A DNA stretch of 59,882 bases from Candidatus Shapirobacteria bacterium (GTDB lineage: Bacteria > Patescibacteriota > Microgenomatia > 0-14-0-10-38-17). Made by a program: the position numbers and the translations under genes. Position 1 is the stretch's first letter, and every line of letters starts with the position of its first letter. The stretch covers positions 1 through 59,882 of the forward strand of contig JAQVIV010000002.1 in the NCBI GenBank assembly GCA_028695445.1. The letters run 5' to 3'. Below the pieces are notes generated by a model that saw nothing but the letters and a program-made list of their open reading frames with translations, did not search any database and was not told where the DNA came from. Positions 50,326 to 59,820 of this stretch are shown here, piece after piece.

Positions 50326-52002
50326 ATGAAAGACTGGCAAGTTAAGTTCACCCCCAAGACAGGAACTAAACGAGAACGGCAAGAGGAAATTATTAATTTT
50401 TTGCTTACTAGCCGGGCTATTAAGCAAGAAAAAGTTTTTTTTTCTCCTCCTGATCCGGCCAAAATTCTTCCTCAAGACGCCGGCATTGTTCAGGCTAAAA
50501 TTAATCGAGCCTATCAAGCCATTTTATCCACACAGGCAAAGAATAAGAAAGTTCTGATTTGGGGTGATTATGATGCCGACGGCATTATCGGCACCAGTCT
50601 GCTTTGGCAGGCATTGTGGCAATCGGGAATCGAGGCCATTCCCTTTATTCCTGATCGAGCTGAAGGATATGGTCTTAGTTTTGCTTCTTTTAAAAAACTC
50701 TATCGGCAGTATCCTGATATTGGGCTGGTAATTACCGTTGACAATGGCATTGTTGCTCATGAGGTGGTAGAGAAAATTACCGCCTTGGGGGTGGCAGTAA
50801 TTATTACTGACCATCACACTAAAGAAAAAACTTTACCTGAAGCAAAAACAATTCTCTGGAGCGATCAGGTTTGTGGAGCGGCAGTGGCCTGGTTTTTAGC
50901 TCGGGAAATCACTGGCCAAAGGGATTATGCCCTGGATTTGGTTGCCTTGGCGACAGTGGCCGACATGATGCCCCTTTTGGGAATTAATCGAAGTTTAGTT
51001 AAGTTTGGTTTAGGGGTCTTGACCGAAACTGACTGTTTGGGGCTAAAAGCTTTAATGGATCAGGCTGGAATTAAAGATCAGGAGCTGTCGGTTTATCATT
51101 TGGGCTTTTTGCTTTCTCCCCGGCTTAATGCCATGGGTCGGCTTTATGATGCCATGGACTCTGTTAGACTGCTTTGTACTACTAATCGGGATCGGGCTAA
51201 AAGGCTAGCCCAAAAACTAGATTCGGCTAATCGGGAGCGGCAAGTCCTGACTGATCAGGCTCTTGAAAAAGCCGCCCTGGCGATCACCAAAAACAAACAG
51301 GAGAAGGAAAAAATAATTTTTGCCAAAGACTCCTCTTTTCACCCTGGTATTATTGGTTTAGTTGCTGGCAGATTAACGGAGCGCTTTTCTCGGCCCAGCG
51401 TTGTTTTATCAACCGAGGATGGTTTTTGTCGGGCCTCTTGCCGCTCTATTAAGGGCTTCAATATTATTAAGGCGCTAAAGACAATTGATGAGCTGGTTGA
51501 GGTTGGTGGTCATCCTCTGGCGGCCGGTTTTACGGTTAAAAAGGCGGATTGGCCGCAGGTTAGAAAAAAATTAACTTCCTTGGCAAACGAAGAGATTAAC
51601 ACCAGGCTGTTTCAGCCTAGTCTAACAATTGACGCGGCGGTAAGTTTTGCTGATCTTGACTATCGTTTTTGGGAAAAAATAAATCGTTTTTCTCCCTTTG
51701 GTCTTGGTAATCCGGAACCGCTTTTTTACACTCCTGGGGTGATTGTTAAAAATTTAGTTCGGGTAGGCCGTAATGGTGATCATCTGAAATTAGTCCTTGA
51801 TGATAGTCAAACCAGAAAAATTGAAAAAACTCCGGCCCGATTTGATACGAGCCGATTGTTTTTGCCGGGGATTGGTTTTGGCTTGGGTCAAGAGGACTTG
51901 GCGATTGGTGATCGAATTGATTTAGCTTTTAATTTGATCGTTAATCGTTATCAAGGTCGGGAGAACCTAGAATTGAAATTGAAAGAAGTTAAAAAGACAT
52001 GA
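50326..52002 (+). CDS. recJ: single-stranded-DNA-specific exonuclease RecJ
   Basis: GDYDADGI, DNGI and ITDHH motifs (DHH family); DHHA1 GGH..AAG. Confidence 0.93.
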   Translation: MKDWQVKFTPKTGTKRERQEEIINFLLTSRAIKQEKVFFSPPDPAKILPQDAGIVQAKINRAYQAILSTQAKNKKVLIWGDYDADGIIGTSLLWQALWQSGIEAIPFIPDRAEGYGLSFASFKKLYRQYPDIGLVITVDNGIVAHEVVEKITALGVAVIITDHHTKEKTLPEAKTILWSDQVCGAAVAWFLAREITGQRDYALDLVALATVADMMPLLGINRSLVKFGLGVLTETDCLGLKALMDQAGIKDQELSVYHLGFLLSPRLNAMGRLYDAMDSVRLLCTTNRDRAKRLAQKLDSANRERQVLTDQALEKAALAITKNKQEKEKIIFAKDSSFHPGIIGLVAGRLTERFSRPSVVLSTEDGFCRASCRSIKGFNIIKALKTIDELVEVGGHPLAAGFTVKKADWPQVRKKLTSLANEEINTRLFQPSLTIDAAVSFADLDYRFWEKINRFSPFGLGNPEPLFYTPGVIVKNLVRVGRNGDHLKLVLDDSQTRKIEKTPARFDTSRLFLPGIGFGLGQEDLAIGDRIDLAFNLIVNRYQGRENLELKLKEVKKT

Positions 52003-53501
52003 TAAGGAAATCCAAGACTATTACTATTGAGCAATTACTTGATCGAGTGGTCAATTATCACCCAAGAGCCGATCAAGATTTGATTAAAAAAGCCTATAAT
52101 TTTGCCCTTCAGCACCATAAGGATCAGAAACGACTATCCGGTGATTCGGTGATCACCCACGGCTTGGCGGTAGCAGGAATTGTTGCTGACTGGCGTCTTG
52201 ATTCAATTTCGATTGGAGCTGGTCTGTTACATGATGTTATCGAAGATACTCCGGCCAAGATTGACACCATTAAGAAACAGTTTGGTAAAGAAATGGCCAG
52301 TCTGGTTGATGGTTTAACTAGGGTAAGCCGGGTTCGGTTGCGTGGTTCTAATAATGAACAGTTTATTGAAAATTTGCGCAAGATGTTTTTAGCGATGTCT
52401 CGGGATTTGCGGGTAGTCTTTGTCAAATTGGCCGATCGTTATCATAATATGGAAACGTTAGAACATCTACCCCCCGATAAGCAATTTGGCATTGCCGAAG
52501 AAACCCTAGAGGTTTATGCTCCTCTGGCAGAGCGACTGGGTATGGGGCAGGTCAAGGGTGAGTTGGAGGATTTGGCCTTTATGTATTGTTTTCCGGCCGA
52601 TTATGAATGGCTAATTAATTATTCAGCTTCCCATTACAAGCGAGCCGGAGAAAGGATCAAAAAATTGAAGCGAACCATTCTTGAGGAGTTAGCAAAAGAA
52701 GGGGTTCGGGCCAAAGTTGATGGTCGATCCAAACACCTCTATAGTCTGTGGCGCAAATTATTGCGGCCTGAAAATGAGCGGGATATTAATAATATTCACG
52801 ATCTAATGGCCCTAAGAATTATCACCGATGATGTTAAGGAATGTTATTTGGCTCTGGGGTTGGTTCATAAATTGTGGCATCCGGTGCCTCACTTAGGGGT
52901 GCGGGACTGGATTGCCCAACCCAAACCTAATGGCTACCGCTCAATTCATACCAATGTTTTTTTAGGTGATGGCCAAATAGTTGAAATTCAAATTAGGACG
53001 GGAGAAATGCATGAACAGGCCGAACATGGAGCCGCTGCACATTGGTATTTGGCAGAGATAAAATCTAAGAATAAAATTAATTCTGAAGGCATTGATCGGG
53101 GAAATTTTTTTTCACCGAGTGAAAAAATGGCCTGGGTTCAACAGCTGGCCGCTTGGCAGGATGAAATTATTGATTCGGGTGACTTTATTGCCTCGGTTAA
53201 GTTTGATGCCCTAAAACATCGGATTTTTGTTTTTTCTCCCAAGGGGGATGCCTTTGATTTGCCTGACGGGGCCACCCCGGTTGATTTTGCCTATACGGTT
53301 CACACCAAAATGGGTCATCAGGCTTGCGGGGCTAAGGTTAATGGTCGGATGGTTTCCTTAGATTACCACCTTAAGAACGGCGAAATCATTGAAATCTTGG
53401 TAGATCGAAATCGAAAAAAACCGGCCTCTTCTTGGTTAGATTTTGCCAAAACCCGTCTGGCTCAGAGGAAAATTAAGGCCGCTCTAAAATTTAGTATTTA
53501 G
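51999..53501 (+). CDS. rel: bifunctional (p)ppGpp synthetase/hydrolase (RelA/SpoT homolog), HD plus synthetase plus TGS, no ACT domain
   Basis: HD domain (H...VA..V, LHDVIEDT), synthetase (RIIT.D...CY, GYRSIHT) and TGS (VFSPKGD...LP.GATPVDFAY.VHT). Confidence 0.92.
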   Translation: MIRKSKTITIEQLLDRVVNYHPRADQDLIKKAYNFALQHHKDQKRLSGDSVITHGLAVAGIVADWRLDSISIGAGLLHDVIEDTPAKIDTIKKQFGKEMASLVDGLTRVSRVRLRGSNNEQFIENLRKMFLAMSRDLRVVFVKLADRYHNMETLEHLPPDKQFGIAEETLEVYAPLAERLGMGQVKGELEDLAFMYCFPADYEWLINYSASHYKRAGERIKKLKRTILEELAKEGVRAKVDGRSKHLYSLWRKLLRPENERDINNIHDLMALRIITDDVKECYLALGLVHKLWHPVPHLGVRDWIAQPKPNGYRSIHTNVFLGDGQIVEIQIRTGEMHEQAEHGAAAHWYLAEIKSKNKINSEGIDRGNFFSPSEKMAWVQQLAAWQDEIIDSGDFIASVKFDALKHRIFVFSPKGDAFDLPDGATPVDFAYTVHTKMGHQACGAKVNGRMVSLDYHLKNGEIIEILVDRNRKKPASSWLDFAKTRLAQRKIKAALKFSI

Positions 53502-53527
53502 ACTCAAGTTGAGCTCAGTCCCAAATT

Positions 53528-53562
53528 AAACTTTCTAATTTTTAACTTTTAATTGTTAATTG
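53528..53562. repeat. mosaic-family stutter (inverted orientation)
   Basis: aaactttctaatttttaacttttaattgttaattg; compare the reverse complement of caattcaaagttaaaaattagaaa at 5798-5822. Confidence 0.45.
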
Positions 53563-53569
53563 CCCTTAA

Positions 53570-53578
53570 TGTTATAAT
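53570..53578 (+). promoter_or_regulatory. extended -10 (tgttataat) exactly 6 nt upstream of the aspS ATG (leaderless geometry)
   Basis: tgt-tataat-caaatc-ATG. Confidence 0.45.
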
Positions 53579-53584
53579 CAAATC

Positions 53585-54976
53585 ATGTTGGCAGAACGAA
53601 CCCTAATCGGCCAGACAGTTAACAGGGTCGATCAGAAGGTAACTCTTTATGGCTGGGTTAACAGCATTCGTGATCATGGTAAATTAGTTTTTCTTGATTT
53701 ACGTGATCGTTCGGGGTTAATACAGGTAGTGGGCAACAAAGAGCTTTTGGGGAAGGTGAAGAATGGGTTTGTTTTGGCCATTGAAGGAAAAGTTAAGAGT
53801 CGGCCCCAGCGTTTGGTTAATGATAAAATTGCCACCGGTGGGATAGAGCTTTTGGTTGAAAAAGTTACCGTTCTGGCTAAAAGCCAAGAACCGCCTCTTG
53901 ATGTTTCTGGGTTGGGTAAAAAAATTAATGATGATCTTCGTTTGCGTTACCGCTACTTAGATTTAAGACGGCCCAGGTTAAGAAAGAATTTAGAGTTTCG
54001 CCACCGGTTAATGCAGGCGGTGCGCCAATCTTTGTCGGCGCGTGGCTTTTGGGAAATTGATACCCCCAACTTATCTAAGTCAACCCCGGAAGGGGCGCGG
54101 GATTTTTTAGTTCCTTCCCGACTTCATCAGGGCAAGTTTTACGCTCTGCCCCAATCACCTCAGCAGTATAAACAGTTGTTGATGGTGGCCGGAGTGGAAA
54201 AATACTTTCAGATTGCCACTTGCTTTCGGGATGAGGACTTACGGGCTGATCGGGGCCTGGAATTTAAGCAAATAGACATTGAAATGTCTTTTGTTACCCG
54301 AGATGAAATTTTGGCCTTAGTGGAGGAGTTTGTTGTTGAGGTAGTGGAGACAGTCTTGGGCAGAAAAATTAGCTCAAAGCCTTTCCCTAAAATTGCCTAC
54401 CAGGAGGCAAAAAAAAGATACAAAACCGATAAGCCGGATTTAAGGAAAAATCCTGATGACCCTGGAGAATTGGCTTTTGCTTGGATTGTTGATTTTCCTC
54501 TTTTTGAGAAAACGACCACTCGGGAAATAAACCCCATGCACCACCCCTTTACTAGCCCCAATCCGGATGATTTACCCAAGCTGGCTATTGATCCTCTGGC
54601 GGTTCGCTCTTGGCAGTATGATTTGGTTCTTAATGGCCAAGAAATTGCCGGCGGTAGTGTTAGGATCACCGATCCCAAGGTTCAAAAACAAATTTTTAAG
54701 ATTTTGGGCCATAAAGATCGAGAAATTCAGGAGCGATTTGGCCATCTTTTAGAAGCTTTTTCCTACGGAGTGCCGCCTCATGGGGGGATTGCCTTTGGCT
54801 TTGATCGCTTAGCGGCAATCTTATTAGGGGAAGATAGTATTCGTGAGGTAATTGCCTTTCCAGTTAATGCCTCCGGTCGAACCTCAGTAATGGAGGCTCC
54901 TTCCCGGGTTGACCAGGGCCAGCTTAAAGAATTGGGTTTAAAAACTGTTGATGAGGATCCTGATCAAACTGCCTAG
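53585..54976 (+). CDS. aspS: aspartate--tRNA ligase, bacterial-type sequence but lacking the GAD insertion domain
   Basis: GWV...RDHGKLVFLDLRDRSG, FYALPQSPQQYKQLLM, FRDEDLRADR, HHPFTSP, GGIAFGFDRL. Only 463 aa. Confidence 0.93.
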   Translation: MLAERTLIGQTVNRVDQKVTLYGWVNSIRDHGKLVFLDLRDRSGLIQVVGNKELLGKVKNGFVLAIEGKVKSRPQRLVNDKIATGGIELLVEKVTVLAKSQEPPLDVSGLGKKINDDLRLRYRYLDLRRPRLRKNLEFRHRLMQAVRQSLSARGFWEIDTPNLSKSTPEGARDFLVPSRLHQGKFYALPQSPQQYKQLLMVAGVEKYFQIATCFRDEDLRADRGLEFKQIDIEMSFVTRDEILALVEEFVVEVVETVLGRKISSKPFPKIAYQEAKKRYKTDKPDLRKNPDDPGELAFAWIVDFPLFEKTTTREINPMHHPFTSPNPDDLPKLAIDPLAVRSWQYDLVLNGQEIAGGSVRITDPKVQKQIFKILGHKDREIQERFGHLLEAFSYGVPPHGGIAFGFDRLAAILLGEDSIREVIAFPVNASGRTSVMEAPSRVDQGQLKELGLKTVDEDPDQTA

Positions 54977-55931
54977 TTTTTCTTTTAAGAAAGAAAATTT
55001 TACCAGCATTTTTTTTTGGCCTTTTTGGCCGCTTTTAATTGTTTTTTCTTTGCTTTTTCTGCCGGGTAATTCTTATTATGAGACCCTGGATTTATCTTCT
55101 GGACTAGTTTCCCCCGAAAATTACCTTTCTTTTTTACCTCCTTTGCCGCTCCTGCCGAAACAGTTACTATCAGGACAGGCAAACATTTTGGCCCGCTCAG
55201 CCCTTTTGGTTGATTATGACTCCGGGCAAGTTCTGTATCAGAAAAACATTGATCAACCCCTGCCGGTAGCCTCGCTGACCAAAATTATGACTGCCCTAGT
55301 GGTTTTGGAAGAATTTTCTTCTGAGGCTATTATTACTGTTGGCGATTCCAATGTCCAGGGCCGGACGGTCGGATTATCCCCTGGTGAACAATTTCTAGTT
55401 TCTGATTTGCTTTATGCCCTGTTGGTTATGTCGGGCAATGATGTGGCCGATATTTTAGCTCAAAATTATCCTGGCGGCCGCTCGGCTTTTATTGCTCGCA
55501 TGAACCAAAGAGCCAGAGATTTGCAGTTGACCAATAGTCACTTTGCCAACCCCCATGGTCTGGATGAGCCAAACCATTATAGTAGCGCCCGAGACTTGCT
55601 TGCCTTGACCGGATATGTCCTAAAAAATGATCAGTTTCGTAAGATTATTAAAAAAGACAATGGCACGATCTGTAGTTTGGGAGGAAGTGGCTGTTACCAA
55701 ATTGAAACAACCAATGAGCTGCTTGCTTTTCCGGGTATCTTGGGGGTTAAAACAGGTTATACCGATCAAGCCGGCGGCTGTTTTATTGGTTTTTGGGAAC
55801 AGGATGAGCGACGATTTTTAAGTGTTGTTTTGGGTTCGGAAAATCGGTTTTGGGAAACACAAAACTTATTGGGTTGGGGATTAGTCAGTTTTGTTCCCCA
55901 GAAGGTTAGTTTACTTGACTTTCTTGACTAA
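54951..55931 (+). CDS. D-alanyl-D-alanine carboxypeptidase (S11, PBP5/6-like)
   Basis: SLTK (SxxK), SGND (SxN) and KTGYT (KTG) motifs, with an N-terminal TM. ATG 54951 is preferred over the TTG at 54948. Confidence 0.88.
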   Translation: MRILIKLPSFSFKKENFTSIFFWPFWPLLIVFSLLFLPGNSYYETLDLSSGLVSPENYLSFLPPLPLLPKQLLSGQANILARSALLVDYDSGQVLYQKNIDQPLPVASLTKIMTALVVLEEFSSEAIITVGDSNVQGRTVGLSPGEQFLVSDLLYALLVMSGNDVADILAQNYPGGRSAFIARMNQRARDLQLTNSHFANPHGLDEPNHYSSARDLLALTGYVLKNDQFRKIIKKDNGTICSLGGSGCYQIETTNELLAFPGILGVKTGYTDQAGGCFIGFWEQDERRFLSVVLGSENRFWETQNLLGWGLVSFVPQKVSLLDFLD

Positions 55932-56979
55932 CTACCGAAGGATCAAGGGCTGGCAAATAAGCCAAGAAATTGTTTAAGCCTTCGAAAACAAAAATGGGTT
56001 GCAAGAAGCTTTGCGGTACTTCCGGGTCAAAATAGGCAAGATAAATGTTGCGGATAGTAATTGTACCCTGATCGTTGTTATCACCTAAACGAGCGACAAA
56101 GCCCTGGCCGGAGCCTAATTCTTCCCAGGCGGTTACGGATGATTTAATGGGGTAAGTGCCGAAACGATCGTAGCTAATCGGGTAGCGGATATATTTGGCA
56201 AAAATAAATTGGCGATTGCCTGATAGGGAGGAGACGATAAAAGAGATATTGGCTTCATCAGGGTTGGGTGCCATTACCGGTTGATCGTCAAGATCGGCTC
56301 GTCTCAGGTTAACTTTAATAAGATGGCTTTCCGAAAGCGAAGGAATGCTGACAAGTTCTCTTTTGTCACGGCTATATTTTAAAAAAATATAATTAGTTTT
56401 TTTCGGGTCAATATCTTCTGGCCAAAGACCGGCCTGATTTAAAAAATTTTGAACTGCTTGTAAGGCCTGATTTTGACTTGGTCCTTGGATATTGGCAAAA
56501 AAAGGATTATCTTCCCAGGGATAACTGATTTCAAAATTGTTATTGATAGTGTCAATTTTTATGGTGGCGCCGGTATCGGTATTACTGAAAGCAAAACGGG
56601 TATTGCTTATTTTACCCAATTCGTTGCTAAAGCCCAGGGCGGCGGCGGTTCTCCTTGTTTTATCTTCATCAAAAAACTTTGGTCCTAAAATTGGGACAAA
56701 ATAAACTCGCGATTGGGTGCCTAGGTTGGGCAGATTACCATCGATAGTTTGGAGCTGAAAGGAAAAGTTTTTGACTGGATATCTTTCAGTGCCAAGTTTA
56801 AGCGGAGGAATTTTTCCTAAAGCCAGATTGGGGGGAGGAGGAGGTTTGGGGTGGCGTTCTTCCCAATAAGCGCGGAAACTTCTGCTTATAGGGACAAGAA
56901 TAATGATTGCCAGCAAACCAATAAGGGAAAATTTAATAAATTTTCGGGCATAGTGGGCAGTCTGGGTTAGCTGGCTCAT
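55906..56979 (-). CDS. hypothetical membrane-anchored protein
   Basis: 357 aa. N-terminal TM followed by a PKPPPPP linker. No recognised motif. Confidence 0.55.
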   Translation of the reverse strand: MSQLTQTAHYARKFIKFSLIGLLAIIILVPISRSFRAYWEERHPKPPPPPNLALGKIPPLKLGTERYPVKNFSFQLQTIDGNLPNLGTQSRVYFVPILGPKFFDEDKTRRTAAALGFSNELGKISNTRFAFSNTDTGATIKIDTINNNFEISYPWEDNPFFANIQGPSQNQALQAVQNFLNQAGLWPEDIDPKKTNYIFLKYSRDKRELVSIPSLSESHLIKVNLRRADLDDQPVMAPNPDEANISFIVSSLSGNRQFIFAKYIRYPISYDRFGTYPIKSSVTAWEELGSGQGFVARLGDNNDQGTITIRNIYLAYFDPEVPQSFLQPIFVFEGLNNFLAYLPALDPSVVSQESQVN

Positions 56980-57030
56980 TTCCTTAAGATAAAGAGAGTG
57001 ATTGTCATGTTTGAGTATAGCACCGGCAAA

Positions 57031-57039
57031 TGATAAAAT
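57031..57039 (+). promoter_or_regulatory. extended -10 (tgataaaat) 10 nt before the gltX ATG
   Basis: tga-taaaat-tcaaaccaag-ATG. Confidence 0.35.
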
Positions 57040-57049
57040 TCAAACCAAG

Positions 57050-58462
57050 ATGAAACCGTTTCGTGTTCGTTTTGCTCCTTCGCCAACTGGCGTTCCCCAC
57101 ATCGGCAATACCAGAACGGCTCTTTTTGATTGGCTTTTGGCTCGCCAGACCGGTGGTCAATTCATTGTTCGAGTGGAAGATACTGACCGGTCTCGGTATC
57201 AACCGGAATCTTTAGAGAAAATTTTAGAAATTTTAGGATTCTTAGGACTTTCTTGGGATGAGGGACCAAAAGTGGGCGGACCTTACCAACCCTATTTTCA
57301 GTCTCAACGTCTAAAGCGCTATCAAGAGGTGGCTCAAAAATTAATTGATGGGGGAGCAGCCTATTATTGTTTTTGTTCTTCTGACCGGCTGGGCAATCTT
57401 CGACAGGAGCAAAAAGCGGCTGGCCAAATTCCCAGATATGATCGCCATTGCCTCTCCTTATCAAAATCAGAAATTGAGAAGAAGAAAAAAGCGGGACAAT
57501 ATGTTGTTCGATTGAAAATGCCCGATAATCAGAACTTTATTTGGACTGACCTTGTTCAGGGTAGGATCGCCATTAATTCTAAGGATCTGGATGATCAAGT
57601 GTTGTTAAAATCAGACGGTTTTCCCACCTATCATTTGGCGGTGGTGGTCGATGATCATGATATGGAAGTTTCCCATATTGTTAGAGGGGTGGAATGGATT
57701 TCTTCAACTCCCAAACATCTTTTTTTATATCAATCTTTGGGTTGGCAAATTCCCCAAATTATGCATCTTCCCTTAATTTTAGGACCCGATAAAACCAAGC
57801 TCTCTAAAAGACATGGTGCCAAATCAGTTCTTGACTATCGTGATGAAGGTTATTTAAAAGAAGCTCTGATTAATTTTATGGTATATCTTGGTTGGTCCTA
57901 CCAGGACAATTCAAAACTCCTTTCCCTTGAAGAGTTGGTGGAAGTTTTTGATTATAAAAAGATTCAAAAACAAAATGCCGTTTTTGATATTAAAAAATTA
58001 GACTGGTTTAATGGTTACTATATTAGAATGAAGAGCGATAAAGAATTAGCCAAATTATTAAAACCGTTTGCTCCTTCTGGGGTAAATGAAAGCTTGTTAA
58101 TCAAAATTACCCCGTTAATTAAAGATAGGATGGTAAAATTATCAGAATTTGAGAGTTTGGCCGGTTTCTTTTTTGAGGCTCCAAAGGTAACGGGGGATTT
58201 TTTGGCCAAAAAGATAAAGGGGGATTATAAAAACTATTTAGAAAAAGCGGCCCAGACTCTTCAGCCTATTGAAGACTGGCAGGAAAAAGAGATTACCTCA
58301 AGATTAATGGGTTTAATTGAGGAAAACAATTGGCCAACGGGTGATTTTTTTATGGCTTTGCGAATTGCCATTGCCGGCTCCTGTTATACTCCACCAATTA
58401 ATGACTCAATGGTGGTTTTGGGCAAAGAGAGAGTGTTGAAAAGAATAGGCGCTCTACTTTAA
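57050..58462 (+). CDS. gltX: glutamate--tRNA ligase
   Basis: RVRFAPSPTG.PHIGN.RTALF (HIGH region) and KLSKRHG (KMSKS). ATG 57050 is preferred over the TTG at 57002. Confidence 0.95.
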   Translation: MKPFRVRFAPSPTGVPHIGNTRTALFDWLLARQTGGQFIVRVEDTDRSRYQPESLEKILEILGFLGLSWDEGPKVGGPYQPYFQSQRLKRYQEVAQKLIDGGAAYYCFCSSDRLGNLRQEQKAAGQIPRYDRHCLSLSKSEIEKKKKAGQYVVRLKMPDNQNFIWTDLVQGRIAINSKDLDDQVLLKSDGFPTYHLAVVVDDHDMEVSHIVRGVEWISSTPKHLFLYQSLGWQIPQIMHLPLILGPDKTKLSKRHGAKSVLDYRDEGYLKEALINFMVYLGWSYQDNSKLLSLEELVEVFDYKKIQKQNAVFDIKKLDWFNGYYIRMKSDKELAKLLKPFAPSGVNESLLIKITPLIKDRMVKLSEFESLAGFFFEAPKVTGDFLAKKIKGDYKNYLEKAAQTLQPIEDWQEKEITSRLMGLIEENNWPTGDFFMALRIAIAGSCYTPPINDSMVVLGKERVLKRIGALL

Positions 58463-59575
58463 TCTATCCAAAGACGCTTTTTGTTTATCTTCTAATCTGT
58501 CAATAGTAGCGGCAATTAATTCAAATTGTTCTTCTGGGCTGAGTTTGCCCATTTCTAAAGGATTAAGATCTAAAAAAAGCTTGATGGGGTGTTGGTGGCG
58601 ACTGGTAAACAAACTGCTTAAGAAGGCTCTAGTATTGGGGTCGTCAAAATCAATTGCCGTGTGAAGACGAGACCCCTTGCCTCCGGCGATATGAATATTA
58701 CGAACAACGTCGAGAACCTGTCTAAATGATGGTGTGGGGTCGGTTCCTTGAGCCAGTTGGTGATCGACTCCTAGGGTCAGACCATCAAGCCCATAGCGAA
58801 AGACGATGTGCTCTCTAATGGTGGCGGGGTCAGAAATTAATTGTTCTCCTTTAATATTCAGCTCATGGCTTAGTCGTCGCATTATTGGTGATCGATAGGG
58901 CCGTTCCGGTTCGGCCAGTACTCGAGCGACTTGGCTTTTAACGCTGTTAAGCCTGCCTTGTTGGGCAAAACCCTCGACGATATTGGTGTGGAGGTTTAGT
59001 CCGGTTCCGGAACTGTTTGGGTATTGGCCTTGAGATTCTTGGTTAAGATACGAGGCAATATCAACGGCTTCCATTTGAGTTGCTCGGCCAAAAAATAACA
59101 TCCAGGCAACCTGATCCCGCCTGTTTTTGAGAGCCAGTTTAACCCGATCAGTTATTCCACCATCCGAGACCTCAGGAAAAAATTTTTCACCGATTATTGT
59201 CCGGTAGACTTCTTCCCAAAAAGAAAAATTAAATTCAGCGTGAACTTCGGTGATTGGGACATTGGGAAATTTTTTTATTAGAGCTAATGCTTTTTCTGGT
59301 GTTAGGTCAGGAGGAATATGTTTTTCTAAAGTTCTAATTGCCGATTGAGGAAGGGTTTTTCTGATAGCTGGGGGCAGGTGGGTAGCATAAAGTTCAACCC
59401 CAATTAGATCTTGATCTCTTGATTCTCTTTCCTCGTTTAGTTGGCTAATGATGGCCAAACCTTTTTCGGGTTGAAACAACCAAGCAGAGGTAGTTACTCC
59501 CCAGCCCTGTACTCCGGTATAAGTAAAGGATTCTTTTCTTTCTTGGTTTTGGGAAAAACCCTTTTCCGCATTCAT
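58454..59575 (-). CDS. hypothetical protein
   Basis: 373 aa with scattered His/Asp/Glu motifs (HAEFNF, LHTNIVEG, GVDHQ, IHIAGG). It could be a metal-dependent barrel, but I cannot assign a family. Confidence 0.5.
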   Translation of the reverse strand: MNAEKGFSQNQERKESFTYTGVQGWGVTTSAWLFQPEKGLAIISQLNEERESRDQDLIGVELYATHLPPAIRKTLPQSAIRTLEKHIPPDLTPEKALALIKKFPNVPITEVHAEFNFSFWEEVYRTIIGEKFFPEVSDGGITDRVKLALKNRRDQVAWMLFFGRATQMEAVDIASYLNQESQGQYPNSSGTGLNLHTNIVEGFAQQGRLNSVKSQVARVLAEPERPYRSPIMRRLSHELNIKGEQLISDPATIREHIVFRYGLDGLTLGVDHQLAQGTDPTPSFRQVLDVVRNIHIAGGKGSRLHTAIDFDDPNTRAFLSSLFTSRHQHPIKLFLDLNPLEMGKLSPEEQFELIAATIDRLEDKQKASLDRLK

Positions 59576-59687
59576 GACTTATATTATATAATATTTTGGT
59601 AAGAAAAAATAATTTTTAAACTTTAAGCATTTATCTTCTTTAACTGATTTTTTCCCCTTCTTTTGATAAAATAAGACTTGTTTTTAG

Positions 59688-59758
59688 TGCCCGGTCGTCT
59701 AACGGTAGGACATTCGGCTCTGAACCGAAGAATCTAGGTTCAAATCCTAGCTGGGCAA
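59688..59758 (+). tRNA. tRNA-Gln (CTG), no encoded CCA
   Basis: Hand fold: TGCCCGG-TC-GTCT-AACGGTA-GGAC-A-TTCGG-CTCTGAA-CCGAA-GAAT-CTAGG-TTCAAAT-CCTAG-CTGGGCA-A. Confidence 0.85.
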
Positions 59759-59775
59759 CTCAGGTTATTAAAGAA

Positions 59776-59820
59776 AAATCGGGCTGGTATCGCAAAGCGA
59801 TATAATACCCCGATTTCTTT
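59776..59820 (+). terminator. hairpin plus T-rich tail downstream of tRNA-Gln
   Basis: aaatcggg..ggtat-cgcaaagcg-atata-atacc-cccgattt followed by cttt. Confidence 0.4.

Noticed and set aside
50275-50517. 81-aa N-terminal extension of the cca ORF.
   Set aside because: It has no similarity to nucleotidyltransferases and overlaps the recJ coding start on the other strand. The conserved N-terminus begins at MKKAIITKD (ATG 50274).
55906-55931. Convergent 26-nt overlap of the dac gene with the 357-aa gene, and a 9-nt overlap of gltX with the 373-aa gene (58454-58462).
   Set aside because: Short 3'-3' overlaps are common in compact genomes. No sequence feature suggests regulation.
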